From contig NW_024704743.1 of NCBI RefSeq assembly GCF_018977255.1, positions 108,936,001-109,000,000 on the forward strand: 64,000 nucleotides of DNA, given 5' to 3'. Positions within the stretch are counted from its first letter, which is position 1. Each line of letters opens with the position of its first letter. This stretch comes from Callorhinchus milii. Its lineage: Eukaryota. Under the pieces are notes generated by a model that was given only the letters and a program-made list of their open reading frames with translations, ran no database searches and was not told where the DNA came from. Shown here piece by piece: positions 36,601-50,402 of this stretch. Position numbers and translations under genes: made by a program.

Positions 36601-39144
36601 CTAGATGTGACACATAAACAAGCAAGAAAATTCATTTAGATTTGTAAAACTGGTACATTGATAACTTACATCTGTGTCTTGGAGAGGTGCTAAGTTTTGA
36701 ATTTCTGATACTGGAGAATTGGTCCTAGTCAATGATTTGGGCTTTCTGTCCCTCTTCTCCCCCCCCCCCCCACCCCCGAAAAGGAGCAAAAGACACTGGG
36801 TTAGGTTGACTTGCACTCCACAACATTAATGTAATTCAAGTCTAGCTCTTATATATGGGGAGAGTCATGTCTGAGCAATTTGGAATGTCTGCAGTGTCAA
36901 TCTCGTTCATAATGTTAACAAATGCAACTGATATATGCATGAGAGGGCAGTGGACGGTTGGCACAGGAAGTGGGGAGAAATTTGTTCTAAAGATCAGGAA
37001 TAGCAGAGGGTGCTTTGCTCGACCTGATACAACAGAGCTAGGAGTGCTCACAACACTGGCGGCCTCAAATAAGTACCACAACTAGCTTCATTTTCCCAGA
37101 ACTCATCCTGCACCTTGAATACAAGTCACAAATTGCCTTGGGCTTCATGTGATTATTTTAAAGGAACAAGGCCAAACCTCAAAGTTTGAATTAGTTTTGA
37201 TTGCCTGAAATGTTAGGCTATTGATTTGGAGCCCAACTGTTACCAATGTGAGATTCAGATGGACAAATCTGGCAGCCACATATATATAGTAAAATGGACA
37301 AGGTTAATATAAAACAAACAACTGGGGGGCAAAGAACAGAAGTTGATATTTTAAAACGTGAAATTTACAACAGCTCCCAGCCTTAGGCAATACCCTTAAA
37401 ATACTTCTGATACTTCACAATTATTTGAACAAGCTGTGCAGCAAAACATTGAATTTCAAAGTGTGTTAAAGTTCTACAGATCAAATGGGTCATTCAAAAT
37501 GTATGTCAAGTTCTTTTATTCATCAAAACTTTGAACGGCAACAGGCAAATATCAAAATATGGATTATGGCAATTCTGCCAATAACCTGGTAATGTTCCTA
37601 AGCCTTTACATTGAAGCCTTCATCTCCTAGAAATGGCTGTTACAGTAAATTGTAAACAGAATTCTTTTGAAACAGTCTTGAAATACAAATTAATTTAAAA
37701 AAAGAGAAAGCACCAATTTGTTTTACTGAAAAAAGCCAAACCCAGAATACAGGTGTGCTTACTGTACATGATCAAAACCTATTTAAAACAAAATACAAAA
37801 TGGAATGCTTTCAGTTTAAAATATACTACAAAGAATTCATCTTTTCACATCAAACAAGGCCCACAGTGCAGTACAATTTCACTAGCAAAAGGATAAGGGA
37901 ACAATGCACTTTTTTTCCGAATAAAAACAGATTTGGTCACTTAGCTTTGTGCATAGTTTTAAGGCATCTGTAGTAACTAGTTTACAGTTTGTGTTTTCAA
38001 TCTGGCTGCTCATTAAGATATGTTCTTCATTCTGAAGAAAATAGGATGATGAAAGTGGCACTGTGTGTCCTGGTATGCAGACACTTATCACTTTCTCTAA
38101 TCACTTTTTCCAGAAATGCAGGAAAATATCTTTAGCTGATTTATATTGAACTACTGCCAACATCAATATAAGTGCAGGTCATTTCTGAATGAATGAAAAC
38201 AACATGCATCATCTTCACTAACTAATCTGTTTTTATAACTTTTTTTTTCTTTGATTCTCCCCAAAGAAAAGGCAAAAGCCAATAGCACTATGTTCCCACA
38301 CTTTGCTGAAGTGAAGCTTGGTTATTGTCTGAGATGAAGGCTGGATTCACAGTGTACTAAAGGAACACACACCATGGCAGATGATAGGCTTGTATGGAAA
38401 CTGAAATGGAGTCCCAAGGATTAAAAATGAGCTGCAGCATTGTTTTTGTTCTACATTCTTACCAAACAGCATATCCCAAATTAGTGGTTGCTTTTCAACT
38501 ATGCTTCAAGGCAAGAACCACTAGAACTAAAGGTATCAAAAATACAGCATTGTAAACAAATCTCTGAGGCAGAAAAAGGACTGGCTTCTTTGCATGCGTT
38601 CAGTTGCTCCAAAATTGTGGGAAGAGAATAAAAACTCTTCTTGCACCAGCATCAAAATATTTTTCAGTATCTTCATGCTTCAGCCTTCTGATAAGACCAC
38701 AGAGAACCTTAAGTGCAGAAATTGTATCAGTCTGCATTACAGCATTCAAACTAATCATTAAAAAGGGTAGTTGGAACTTTTCTGGGATATTGTCACCTTC
38801 CCTTCTCCCCCCCATTCTCTTCAGCTTGGTCACCACTGCAGTTTACGTGATCAATGTCTCACAAAAGCCAGTTGAGGTATTTGTATATTGCTTTATGTTC
38901 AGGCCTGGTAAGGGGCAAAGAAGCAATATGATGCTTTGAAGAAAGCATGGAGTTACGTTAATGTTGGCATGATCACACATGCAACCGTGGCAGTTTGAGC
39001 CTGCAAATAATCTCGACCCCCTTAATCTAAAAAGATTCATCCTCATCTGCTTTTAAACTGAAAGTCATTGTCCATTTCCAGCAGAATGTGGATTGGGGTG
39101 TCGGGTTAGAATAAAAATTCTTGGCTTTCCTGAGGTAATAAGTC

Positions 39145-39323
39145 TTAATTTGTTTTTCCGTAAGTAGCATCTGTGACATTTCCACCGGTGGCCTGTGGAT
39201 GCAGTATTTCCTTCCAGGTAGCTTTATTCAACCTCAGGTGTCCAAGCATAGTCTGTGACAGAATGGTGTTGGAAAATCTTGACCACTCTGCAAAAAGAGG
39301 CTCCACTACATACGTTATGAAAT
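39145..39323 (-). CDS. PDE7A: PDE7A last coding exon (FITYVVEPLFAEW...YGKTN*)
   Basis: CAG acceptor ends at 39324; TAA stop at 39147-39145. Confidence 0.92.
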
Positions 39324-40029
39324 CTGTTGAACAGACAAAATGAAACAAATTTAGTTAAGTTTTAAATTGTTCTAAATACATTATAGATCACATTTTACCA
39401 AACACATCATAAAACATCATCGCTCATGTCCTAAATTATATTTTGTACAATATTAACTTCAATTTTACAAAATTCCAAATTTGCATGTCAATGTTAAAGT
39501 TGGAAAGGAACATAAATCAAGTTGTCATTTTATACAAAAAAATGCCATGGACAACACCACAGGTTCACCTCTCCATTTGGTTAGTAAAACAAAAGGAACT
39601 AAATACAGTACATAAAACGATTTCTTGGAACTAATCTTTTTTTTTACCCTAAATCGTCTACGATTATGGCAAACTGAATTGGGTCAAATAGCTTCCTTCT
39701 GCGAGGTGAAATTTGAAAAAAAATTGGATATACTAAAATCTAAAAGAATAAAAAATCTGGACATTTGCTTGCCATTCCTTCCTCCCCCACCCACTCCCCA
39801 CCACCCCATTATTTTTTTCTTCTCCATTCTCTTCGGACTTTGAAATTTGACTTCACTGAGATATTAGCAAATCTTGCAGTTCAAAAGCCTCATCTTAAAC
39901 TTTCCTTCTGAGTTTAGCTGCCACAGGGGTCCACCTTCAGAGATTTGCCACATGAGCCTTCCTCATCACCAACGGTGACACAAACAATTACAGCGGGGCT
40001 TGCATTTCGATGAAACAGAAAACACTCAC

Positions 40030-40110
40030 CAACTTGAATTTTGGCTACCGTTGCTATACGGCGATCGCACAGTTGACTTACATCCAGTTTGTGCAGCATT
40101 TCAACATCCC
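40030..40110 (-). CDS. PDE7A: PDE7A exon (GDVEMLHKLDVSQLCDRRIATVAKIQV)
   Basis: 81 nt, CAG acceptor, GTGAGT donor. Confidence 0.93.
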
Positions 40111-41189
40111 CTGAACAGACAAAACAGTTATAGACCTTCTGCGGAAAGTCATCCATACAATATTAAACTTTTCCTAAAAGGAGAAATTCTATCGTATTCC
40201 CCAAACTGAGCTCCATAAATAGCAATATTTTACCAGTGGTTGGTAATTCATGCAAAACATACTTTTTATGAAAAGCATAATAATGCATTAAATTATCCAA
40301 TCCTGTAACATTAAAACATATAATAAAATGCAAAATAAAGATGTTCCAGAGCGAATTTTGCTTTTGCCTAGATTGTGCAAAGATAATGATTTTCAAAACT
40401 TTCCTATTGTTACACTGAACGTTTCCTGTAAACAGCTGCTTTAAGGTGACACGTGGATGGCTTTTGGTGCTCATTTCTCCAAATGAGGGAAAAATAATGA
40501 AAGAAGCTACATTCCAAGCACGGATCGCAGTTTTTTATACCAGAAACCTATAGCCCAAAGAAATTCTCCCCCGTAGTGGTGCAGAAATTGACCCACATTA
40601 TTTTCAATACTATCACGTGATACATTTTCTTTTAACAAGTCATCAAAGCACATCCTGGATATATTAATGTTGATGCTGAGTAGTATTCAGGGGATATAGA
40701 GCTTCAATACAATCCAGATTTTGGAGCAAAAATATAGTAGGTTTCAAAATTTAGCACTAGTTTTTAAAACCACGTTCCCTCCATCGAGATGCATTTCTGC
40801 AATGCTGGATACAGAAAACACCAGTTTTATATTGAGCATGTTACAGTGGTTTAAAAGCAACACCTTTTGTGGCTTTGTTTATTGAACACTAGAACTGTGT
40901 TGCATGATTACCAATCTGCTTTAAGGTCGCCATTTTCCCTTATTGAAAGAGGCCAGGGGAAGGTAATATTCAGTCCTGTAGAGTGACATCTACTCAGCTG
41001 ACAGAAGCACAAGCTAACACTTTGAATATGCATCAGCCCATTTACTTTATTGTTAATGGAGAAGCTGGTACAGCAAAGTAACATTTTGCCTGACGCAGGG
41101 AAAAAAAACTCTTACATAGTCAGGTTTTAACTATTTCAGTTTCTTGAAGAAAATAAGGTGCAACTGGACTCAAATTTTACTGAACGTAC

Positions 41190-41286
41190 CTTGATGGAAG
41201 AATTCTTCAGAGACTCTTTCACCCCATTGCTTACTCAGTTCCCAAGCCCGGCATGGGTTACAAATATCTGCACATTTCAAAGCTAT
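41190..41286 (-). CDS. PDE7A: PDE7A exon ([32 protein letters not shown])
   Basis: 97 nt, CAG acceptor, GTACGT donor. Confidence 0.94.
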
Positions 41287-42169
41287 CTGCAATTGAAGCA
41301 AAGCTAGTTTAGTTTACAAGACACAATTCTGTGTTCTAGGCTGCCTTTCTAAATCACCAATTCTTACTGGAATTCAGTTTCACGACCCCAATCATGACTT
41401 CACCTAGAGTACACACATGGTACTTTGATGATATACTCCATACAGTAATTGGAAACTTGGTATTTTTGTTTTCCCTAACCCAGGAGCAATTAAGCAAGTT
41501 GTGGCACCCTAATAAAATCTGAAATCACTTTACTCAGCTGAAATCACTGAAAGTGCTGAAATCACTTTACTCAGCACTGAACAATATTCAGATTTGCAAC
41601 CTACCCGCCTGTGTAGTTTAGTGTTACACCATACAGAAGCTTTACGCACTTGGCAATAAAGGAAGCTACAACCCATTTAAAGACTTTTATAAATGCATTC
41701 CAATAGTATCCCAAGCAAAACTTATTCCCACTGTTCAACAGCGAACTGTATGGTACAAATAATCTTACCTTAGCAGCACAGGAACCATTGTGTCACATGA
41801 AATATTCAATCATCTAAGCCTATGGTGAAAGTTAGTGCTATATGGAATTTTATGGTTCCATTATAGATCGAGTCATTATCGGCGCTTACATGATTGGTAG
41901 CAGCAATGGCAAGTTCAAATCTGTAAAGTTGTCTCCATTACACCATTCATCATTTATAGCTAGCAGCTGATTTAGCAACAAAACACTCGTTTTTTTTTCC
42001 ATTCCACTCTTTTGATTTATTTTCTCAGGGCTTCCAGCTAGACTTAACATTTCATCAAAATGTTCCCCTTGTGCTTTCAAACACAAACGTCCAAAAAAAA
42101 TACAGGTCTACTCCTCAATATTGCAATCACAGAACTTCAATTCAACGTATTAGTTGAAAATAAGATTAC

Positions 42170-42314
42170 CTGCAGCATGAAATGTCGATGGCCAGCATCA
42201 ACCAACGTTACTCCTTCCCCATCCAAGTGAATTCGAAACTTTGTTAAAAACTCAATCTGGCGGTTTATGTCTGTGGCAAGAATTAGGGAGCCCAACTGGC
42301 GTTCTATTAGAAAG
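42170..42314 (-). CDS. PDE7A: PDE7A exon (FLIERQLGSLILATDINRQ...HRHFMLQ)
   Basis: 145 nt, AAG acceptor, GTAATC donor; ORF 42137..42364. Confidence 0.9.
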
Positions 42315-42409
42315 CTTTTGAAAATATATAAAATGTGTAAATACTTGAAATAACTGTTCAGCAAAGTTAGAAAGACATTTATACTTAATTGCTAGATTAC
42401 TTTAAATTG

Positions 42410-42962
42410 TGTCAATCTGGCTCACTTGGTGGCACTTTTGCCTCAGATTCAAAGTGGATTAATTCAATCGACGACTGTTTGTGGGACACTGCTGTGTGCA
42501 ATTTGTTGCCGCATTTCGCCCACAAAATATAGTCACTCCCCATTTCACGGTATATTCTGTGAAGTGCTTTGAAACATCTCAAGACATGATGAGGTGCTAT
42601 ATCAAGGACCTTGTACCCATATTGTTTAAGATGATACTCCAGTGCAGTGCTGGGGGTGCGTGCTACATTGTTGGAGGTGCAATCCTTCCGGTTAGGTGTT
42701 AAACCCAGATCCCATTTGCTTGTTCAAGATCCCATAGCACTATTTGAAAACAGAGGGAAGTTTCTCCCAGTATCCCAACAAACTCTCATAATAGAACTAG
42801 TTGTTCACTTCATGGATGTTTTGGGGACATTACTGTGCACAAATTGGCTGCCTCATTCACCTACAAAACAGTCACCACACTTTACAGTATATCCTGTAAA
42901 GCACTTTGAGAAGTCTTCCTGACGTGAAAGGCGCTATATCAAATTCAAGGATTATTATTTTT
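42410..42962 (+). mobile_element. Two adjacent degenerate DeuSINE-like fragments
   Basis: Two copies of the core-plus-tail sequence, ending near 42605 and 42960. Confidence 0.7.
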
Positions 42963-43365
42963 ATTACTTTTCCTATAGATTCAAAATCCTCCACATAACT
43001 ACTAGGAGGAGGTCTAGAACTTGTACATGTAAATGCTCAGTTGCTTATGGAAGCTTTGCTCTGTACTGAAACTCATTCCCAGTAAAACTGCCTTCCTCAA
43101 CATTTCAAAGAAACACATATGCAGAGTTGCTCTCATCTGGGTCGAACCAGAGAACTGACCCAAATATTCCCAAAATGCTTTCACACCAAAATGTGGGCAG
43201 AGCCGTGAGACCAAGCAGTCCCAAACGCTGCAAAAGATTGGACGAATCCCCAAATTAACATTTAAAATTATTGACATCAGTAAAAGCAAAGGATTGACAT
43301 AAAAAAATCACACAAATTGGCCATTGTGGATATGAAAACAATGTGGTGTGTATGATAATACTTAC

Positions 43366-43457
43366 TTGTCTTCAACTGGAAGATGGGAAAATAACTGAGT
43401 TTCTTGAAGCATGCACACTGCTGACCTCCAATGGTGGTTTTCTAGCACTGAGGTATT
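43366..43457 (-). CDS. PDE7A: PDE7A exon ([30 protein letters not shown])
   Basis: 92 nt, CAG acceptor, GTAAGT donor. Confidence 0.94.
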
Positions 43458-45024
43458 CTGTAAATAGAGAAGGAAAAGATTAGCAGTTCCATGAAAACAG
43501 CACCAAACAGCATTTTAATCATGGATGGTACAAACAGCATCAATTTCACATTTATACTTTGAGGAGCAAAGCTGCCTCACTCCTAGCATGACTGTGATAT
43601 AGAGCCAAAAGAGGCATTTGTACTTCCCAATTGCTTCTAAATGGCCATCGATTCCACCTACCCCACCACCATTACCAAGATTTCCATGTTCCTTATGGAT
43701 AGCTTGGTATGTGTCCATTTGCTTTCAATGTTATTGAAAACAGGTGGATGTGAAACACAGTTCCAGTACATTTCAAACAATCTGAACCCTCAGTTATATC
43801 GCAAGGTTGGCAGCAAATTCCTACTAGGTATGTTGTCAATATGCATTTAGAGAGACAGTGATCAGTGATTATTTTAATAGGCCCAAGTATTAACTAGCAA
43901 TGTGAGGTACAGAGATTGATCCAGGCAAGTAACAAGATTAGAGAGACACAGACACACCATCACTTTCATATCCATATTGAGACTTGCCCAATTAGTGCAG
44001 GTATTGGGCTCTCTGCTGCAAATGAAGCATAAAAGTTGAATAGCCTGCAATTATCTTGGATGGCAAAACAAATAATCATAATCCCCGATTTTTTGTTTAT
44101 ACAAGTGCGTTAAGACTTTTTCACATTATAATAAATTGAACTCTATTCAGCCTTCAGACCTGAGTAAGCAAAGCCTCATTCCAATGCAACACTGCTCCGC
44201 AAATGCATTTTACTACAACTAAAATCTGCCCGGAGTACAGTCTTGCAAGAGTTTAAGTTTTGTCAGTTAGAAAACTTCATGTAGAAAATGGAGTCAAGCA
44301 CTTTATTGTAATGAGGTTTTTAGAAACCAACAGTGTGGAATAGTTTTCCAAATGATTTGTTGCACAAGAATTCATTCCTTAAAATCAATGACCGGGCAAC
44401 AAGAGCCCTGGTCAGAATCAAGTATTATAAAAACAAAGCTCAGTGAAACATTAACACAACAGAGTAGAAGGCTGAACCTGTGTCAGACGTCTGAACAATT
44501 TTCATCCATGAAATCCCAGTGTAACACATTAACTGTGTCACGAGAAAATAAACGCTGTTCCTTTTTAGTTTCCATAAACAATGTTGCGCTCAATAAAACT
44601 ACTGACCCATTACAGCGACATTATCTACAATTGATTCCAGAACAAAAGGCCCATTTATAAACAGTAAAACGTTTACAATTGATTTTCTTTTGGTCTTCTT
44701 GCAAGGCAAATTAATTTTCTAATGCACTTTAATCTATTAGGATTGCTTATTTCAACGATGCAATTTAAAACAGTTTTGCTTGATGGCCATTTTTTCAGAC
44801 TTGCAATTCGCAAATATTGCAAACCAGTAATTGCAATTAACGCAACCAATCTAGTTTGCAAGCATCACAAATAAGAACCAATATATTGTTGGGGAACCAT
44901 CAAATAGCTAGTGACAGAATTCAACTTTGTGGGCAAGATTTTCCAACTGACGAGATTCCCATTTCAGCTGTAACTAATATCATGAGTAAGCAAGTCAGCT
45001 GTAGAGGAGATAGAAATAAATGAC

Positions 45025-45400
45025 ATAGAATTATAGACTGTACAGCATCGAAACAGACCCTTCACCCTGGCTTGTCTGTGTTGGTGTTTATACTCCACAG
45101 GAGTATTGCCCTCGCCACCCCCCCTTTGTAATCCCTTCTCCACATATTTCCTCTTAAATACACTGACGCTGTTTTACCATAGCTCCCAGCAGTGAGTTCC
45201 ATATTCTCACCACCTTCTGTGTAAAGAAGGTCCTCCTAAACTCTTTTAGATTTGCTAGCCGCTATCGTATATTTATGCCCTTGTGTTTTGGAGTCACCAA
45301 CAGGTTATTTATGTATTTTTTAAATACCTCCATCAGGTTCACTCTCAATCATCCCTCCTCCAGAGAACAAAAATATTAACAATTTTCAGTCTTTCTTGAT
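45025..45400 (-). mobile_element. Degenerate CR1-like 3' fragment
   Basis: CATAGAAT tail on the + strand followed by decayed ORF2-end sequence. Confidence 0.6.
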
Positions 45401-46249
45401 GCACACTATAATAATAATAATCATTCTTGCATATGGTTTTATATATTCACACCTGGAAAGAGCCTAGGTTGGGGTTGCAGAGTGAACCTGCTTTGAGATA
45501 TTCTGTGGAAAGTCACTTATAAACCCATAATTGAAAATGCAACAACTGGGATAAACTTGTCAAGGCTGAGAAAATATCTCAATCAAGAAATAAACAGATT
45601 TCAAGTTCCACTTGTAGGAAAACAGAATGTAGAGCAAGCATCAAGTGCAAATTTTCAAGCATTACATTATGATAAATCTGATCAAACCTATTCTTAAAAT
45701 CCTAAATAGTGGCCCTTTTATAAGTAACAGTAACTCTCCAGGTAGACAATCAAATCCTCACCTTTTAATGAAAAGAGTTTAAAGTAATTTTCATGAGAAA
45801 CTTTTTTTTAAAAAAGATGGAAACGCAAGAGAATTATTTTACTTGAAGGACGAAAGGAATGTGGAACTAGATCCTGTAGAACTTTCAAAAGGAACTTGAC
45901 AAGCTCCTATCAATTAAAAGGATTCAATTATAGTTAGAGGTAGATACACAATATACACTTTCTGGAAACCTGAATAGGTCAGTTAAATGGACCAATAGTC
46001 TGCTCTTGTAATTAGACTATATCCATTCATTAGCAGATTGTTGGGGGAATTGGGGGAGGAGGGTAAGCAGAGCAGGCTCCAAGGTGGCATGCGTCACAAT
46101 GGAATGTGGGAATTGAATCAATCCTCTGCTGCCGTCTCGTCCAGTTCTCGAGCCAGACAAATCTGCAGAACTCCAGGGCATGGCTGATGACAGGCCAGGC
46201 ACCCCGGCAAGAATTGGAGGCAGATCAGTGGGAGGAGGAATGAATGACT

Positions 46250-46395
46250 GTTTGAGGGACACTGCTGTGCACAATTGGCTGCCAAGTTTCGCCCATAAAA
46301 TATAGTCTATTCACTTTACAGTATATTCTGTGAAGTGCATTGTGACATCTCGAAGATGCGATAAGGCGCTATATCAAACGCAAGGATTATTATTC
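46250..46395 (+). mobile_element. SINE 3' fragment
   Basis: Core plus tail match the other copies. Confidence 0.8.
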
Positions 46396-46604
46396 CCATT
46401 TAGCTTCTGTTAGCACTTTTGAGATGTTTTCTAAACATGAAAAGCATGATATGGCATCTTGCTTATAATGCAGCTAATGGGAATAGGACCCAGCTAACTG
46501 CCTTATAATAAAGTTTTCCAATAGTTGTAAACTTTCGTCTTTCTTTTAAGGCAAAACATGCAACATTAGCTTCCTTAACAGTTTGAAATGCGATCAAAAC
46601 TTAC

Positions 46605-46736
46605 CTTATATAAACATGCTAAGTAGTGTCTGGTTTTGATTAAGAAAGGTTGGTTAACACCTGGGTGATCCACATCATGTGTGGCAGCTGCCAGCAAACT
46701 TATCAGAATGTCCCATGGGGAAAGAGACTTGGCAAA
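46605..46736 (-). CDS. PDE7A: PDE7A exon ([44 protein letters not shown])
   Basis: 132 nt, AAG acceptor, GTAAGT donor; contains the HD metal-binding motif. Confidence 0.93.
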
Positions 46737-47803
46737 CTTCAAGAAAAGAGCAAGGTGATTATCCATTCACACAAAAGTAGGTTTGAAAATGGAAACAGGT
46801 TTTATGGGTATCCAACATAAGCAACTAGCAACACTTTGCCATTAGAAGCAAATGTATAAACTGATGTTATTTCCAAATACGTGCAATAAGTTTCTAAAGC
46901 TTAAAGATTCTGAAGTAATATGTTTCTAAAGAACTAAAGGGAGTAACATGGTTTAAAACATTAGATTCCTTCTATATGGCTTGGATAATTTGGCTTTTAA
47001 TTCTCTCCAGCCTAACAAACCAATTCTCTCTCTCCCACTATATCTGCAGCCTCTTCTTTTTAAATATCACTTACTACACTAACTTAAAAAGGATAATTCT
47101 GGTAGTTATTCTAGCTCTCCAAGAGAAAATCTTACTCGATACAGTAAAATCCAGTTATAACACCCCCCTTACAACTCTGGTTTGCTTACAATGCATGCAC
47201 TGCCTTTGGCTTTGGCATGTGGAATTAGGCACCAGCTTTAATAATAAACATGGCTGAATTCCAGGTCATCGGGTTGACACCAACCTCACTTCCTGGATTC
47301 TGTAGCCAAGTGCAACAAGTCAGTGGCTTGACTGGGATTGTACATTGCATAATGAAAACAGTCGGTCAAAAAAAAATCAGTAGCAGCATGCACAACTGGG
47401 TACTATTAGATACTGACTGAACATTACACAGGATGCTTTTGATATCTGAATGGAAATTAAACCGGTATTCTCCATGTTTCTCAAGCCAGAATAAGTTGCT
47501 AAAGCATCAAGGTTTTCTGGGGGGAGGGTGGAGGGATAGAAGAGAGAGAAAAAAAGACTAAAGCATGCAATATGCTCTAATTTTACATTAAAATAAGGCA
47601 TTATAGACAATCTTATAGGAAGAGCCGAATTTTTAAAAAATCCTGTAATTGTAATGCTCATTTACCCCACTTATTCACTTGCATTGACCCATCACTTGTT
47701 TTCTGCACTACCTCTACCTCTCCTAACAACTGATACTCAACTCATTGCATTTTCATTACTTTACACGGAGGCACAAATGCACAATTGAAGAACAACTCTT
47801 TAC

Positions 47804-47904
47804 CTCAGGTTCCATTAAGTAACAGTGCATGGCCTGAGTTACATCAGCAGCATGCACTTCATTATGATAAGGGTTGTTTTGATGGTAGTCTTCTTGAACC
47901 ATAA
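47804..47904 (-). CDS. PDE7A: PDE7A exon ([34 protein letters not shown])
   Basis: 101 nt, CAG acceptor, GTAAAG donor. Confidence 0.94.
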
Positions 47905-47997
47905 CTGCACAGGGAAAAAAAAATACTATGTATAATTTGAATCAATTATAATTAAAGTAATGTAAGAGAGTTTTCTTGAAAGACAAAGCTTATAATT

Positions 47998-48304
47998 TTA
48001 TAATAATAATAATCCTTGCATTTGGTATAGCATTTGGAGGACGTCCCAAAGCGCTTCACAGAACACACTGTAAAGTGAATTGACTGTATATTTGTGGGCG
48101 AACACGGCAGCCAATTGCGCACAGCAATGTCCCACAAACAGTCGTAGATTGAAAATGACCAATTTATTATTGTTTTTGGTTTTGGAGGGATTATTATTAG
48201 GCGTGTGGAGTAAGGAAACTTGCCCAAGGTTTCGCCCTGCCTGGAATTGAACTCAGGTCTCTCACTTGCAAAGCGAGTGCTCTAACCATGAGCTACAGGA
48301 CTCC
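47998..48304 (-). mobile_element. Full-length tRNA-derived SINE
   Basis: Almost identical to 16266-16589. Confidence 0.92.
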
Positions 48305-48564
48305 AAATTTATTTCAGAATTGTACCTGTAGCTATTGATTTATCTTGAATGATTAAATAAGCTCCCATAAAATAAATTTGATAAGTTTCCCTGGTTTTAA
48401 AGTTAGTTAAAATCTAGAGCCACAGGAAAGAAAAGTAAACTATGCAATGAACGCCTTAGCATTGATTAATACAATACGATGGTAACAAACTATTTCACAT
48501 GCATTAGAAATAACATAATATTGTTTAGTATTACTTGCATTTTATTATTAAGAATACCACTTAC

Positions 48565-48660
48565 CTAAAAACCTCCGTAGTTTTACCACATCCAAGTGAA
48601 AATATTCAATGAGGCCATGCAACTTAAACAAATAGAAGGTCAAAGCAACTAAACTGTTTC
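48565..48660 (-). CDS. PDE7A: PDE7A exon ([32 protein letters not shown])
   Basis: 96 nt, CAG acceptor, GTAAGT donor. Confidence 0.94.
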
Positions 48661-49222
48661 CTGGAAGGAGAAAAAAAGCACACACACAAGTGTGTAATTT
48701 GTAATGAATCACATTATTTTTCTTGTTGTATATTTAGAGCCAGGTTTCTGACAGGTGCAGAACTTCATCAACAAACTTTCAAATAGTTTTACATTTTGAA
48801 TATCACTACAAGGCATTCTAGCAAAACATACCACAAGTATTGGTTTTATAATATTGCTCTAAATATACTTTTTGATATTACAAATAAATAAGGTTTTAAT
48901 TGTTTTGAAAGTTGTAAAACTTGTTCATTATACAAATAATGGGGAGTACTTAGACTTGGGTAGAAAACAATACATTGCACCTTTCATTTTACNAAAATCT
49001 ATGCCTTTGGAACAAAATGTGGGAGAAGAAGCAAGAAATTTCACCAACTGTTCTCCCAGAAACTAAATAAATCATCTTATATTAGAAAAAAAACTAATTT
49101 GATTACAACTTTACTTTCTTAAAACAACACTTAGTACAAAAATTGTTTGCTTAACTAATAAATTAATCAGCAACTTTACTAGAACATTACAATGAAACAA
49201 ATGGCAAACATAACAAACTTAC

Positions 49223-49286
49223 CATTTGTCATTTGGTGAAAACGAAAGATGTCAAATTTCCAAGTTCCAACTTTTTCTAGCATACA
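49223..49286 (-). CDS. PDE7A: PDE7A exon (CMLEKVGTWKFDIFRFHQMTN)
   Basis: 64 nt, CAG acceptor, GTAAGT donor. Confidence 0.93.
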
Positions 49287-50250
49287 CTGAAACCACAAAA
49301 TATTAGTAGGGTTCGAAAAAAAAATCCTCTTTGCACACTCGTTCAGACAGAAACAGTAAAAGCCTATTCAACCCATAAAGCCTGCTCCACCATTATGTTT
49401 TTGGCAACTCTTTAATTCCATTTCTCAGGCTTTTCACTAACTCTTCATGCCTTTACTTACCAAGTAACCTTCTATTCTAACTTTTCACTGGTATCTGATA
49501 AGACTTTTATTCTTTGAATCTATAGTATTCTCGACAAGCCAATGGCTAGACACAGGCAAAGGAGACTGAACACGGGTAACAGAGATAATTACAGCTAATA
49601 TATTTTAACATCAATGACCTCATGGTATCAGGGTCATCATGTCTCCCTTCCCACAAGTAAGCATGTATTGCAGTTTGTGCCATGAGTTCATTTATCTCTA
49701 GGAGATGGGACAAGCAGGAAACATTGCAAGAGTCCTTTCAAAATAAAAAGTTGTCAGGTGGGTGCTTTGTAGACTGCTTATGCTTTGGATTTGAATATCT
49801 GGTCACTGATGTCTGGTTGGAGAAGAGCCAAATAAACCTAAATGATGGCAGAGGGGGAATTCTCAAAGCACCCAAGCATACTACCTTAGTAAGGAATTCC
49901 TAATTTCTTACAATACCATCCATCCCACGTTAAATACTTATCAATTAGAATAGCTAATCATGAATTCTATGATGAACATTTATTCGGTAATGGCCCCATG
50001 AAGACCACAAGGAGGAAATGCTATAGAATTAGGGTAGTGTGTTTTGTCAGTACCCAATATGTAAACAAATATGTAAACAATGATTGAATTTGGTTGCATG
50101 GCTGTAAACACCAGATTATGAGCATCACCATGTCCAAAAATCTTTAAATGAATGAACATAGTGAGTCAGTGAGTTTAATATAATAGCAGTACAACAGGAA
50201 CCATGCTGATTAATGGCTAAATACTAAACATTTCCACTTTAAAAATGCAC

Positions 50251-50402
50251 CTTGGCTTGGCCACTGCAGTCAATGTCGATGATGGAAAGAAAATTCTGAG
50301 AAGAAATGACACGGCAGAAACGTTGGGTGTGAAAATATCGTTGAAAACTCAACAGTCTTTTGATCTTCCTTACTGAAGTGGTTCCTTCTGATTCTGGTGG
50401 TA
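50251..50402 (-). CDS. PDE7A: PDE7A exon (PPESEGTTSVRKIKRLLSFQRYF...GQAK)
   Basis: 152 nt, CAG acceptor, GTGCAT donor. Confidence 0.92.

Noticed and set aside
36601..37085. Short ORFs between MTFR1 and PDE7A
   Set aside because: Under 80 aa, no homology or exon structure; probable 3' UTR or intergenic sequence.
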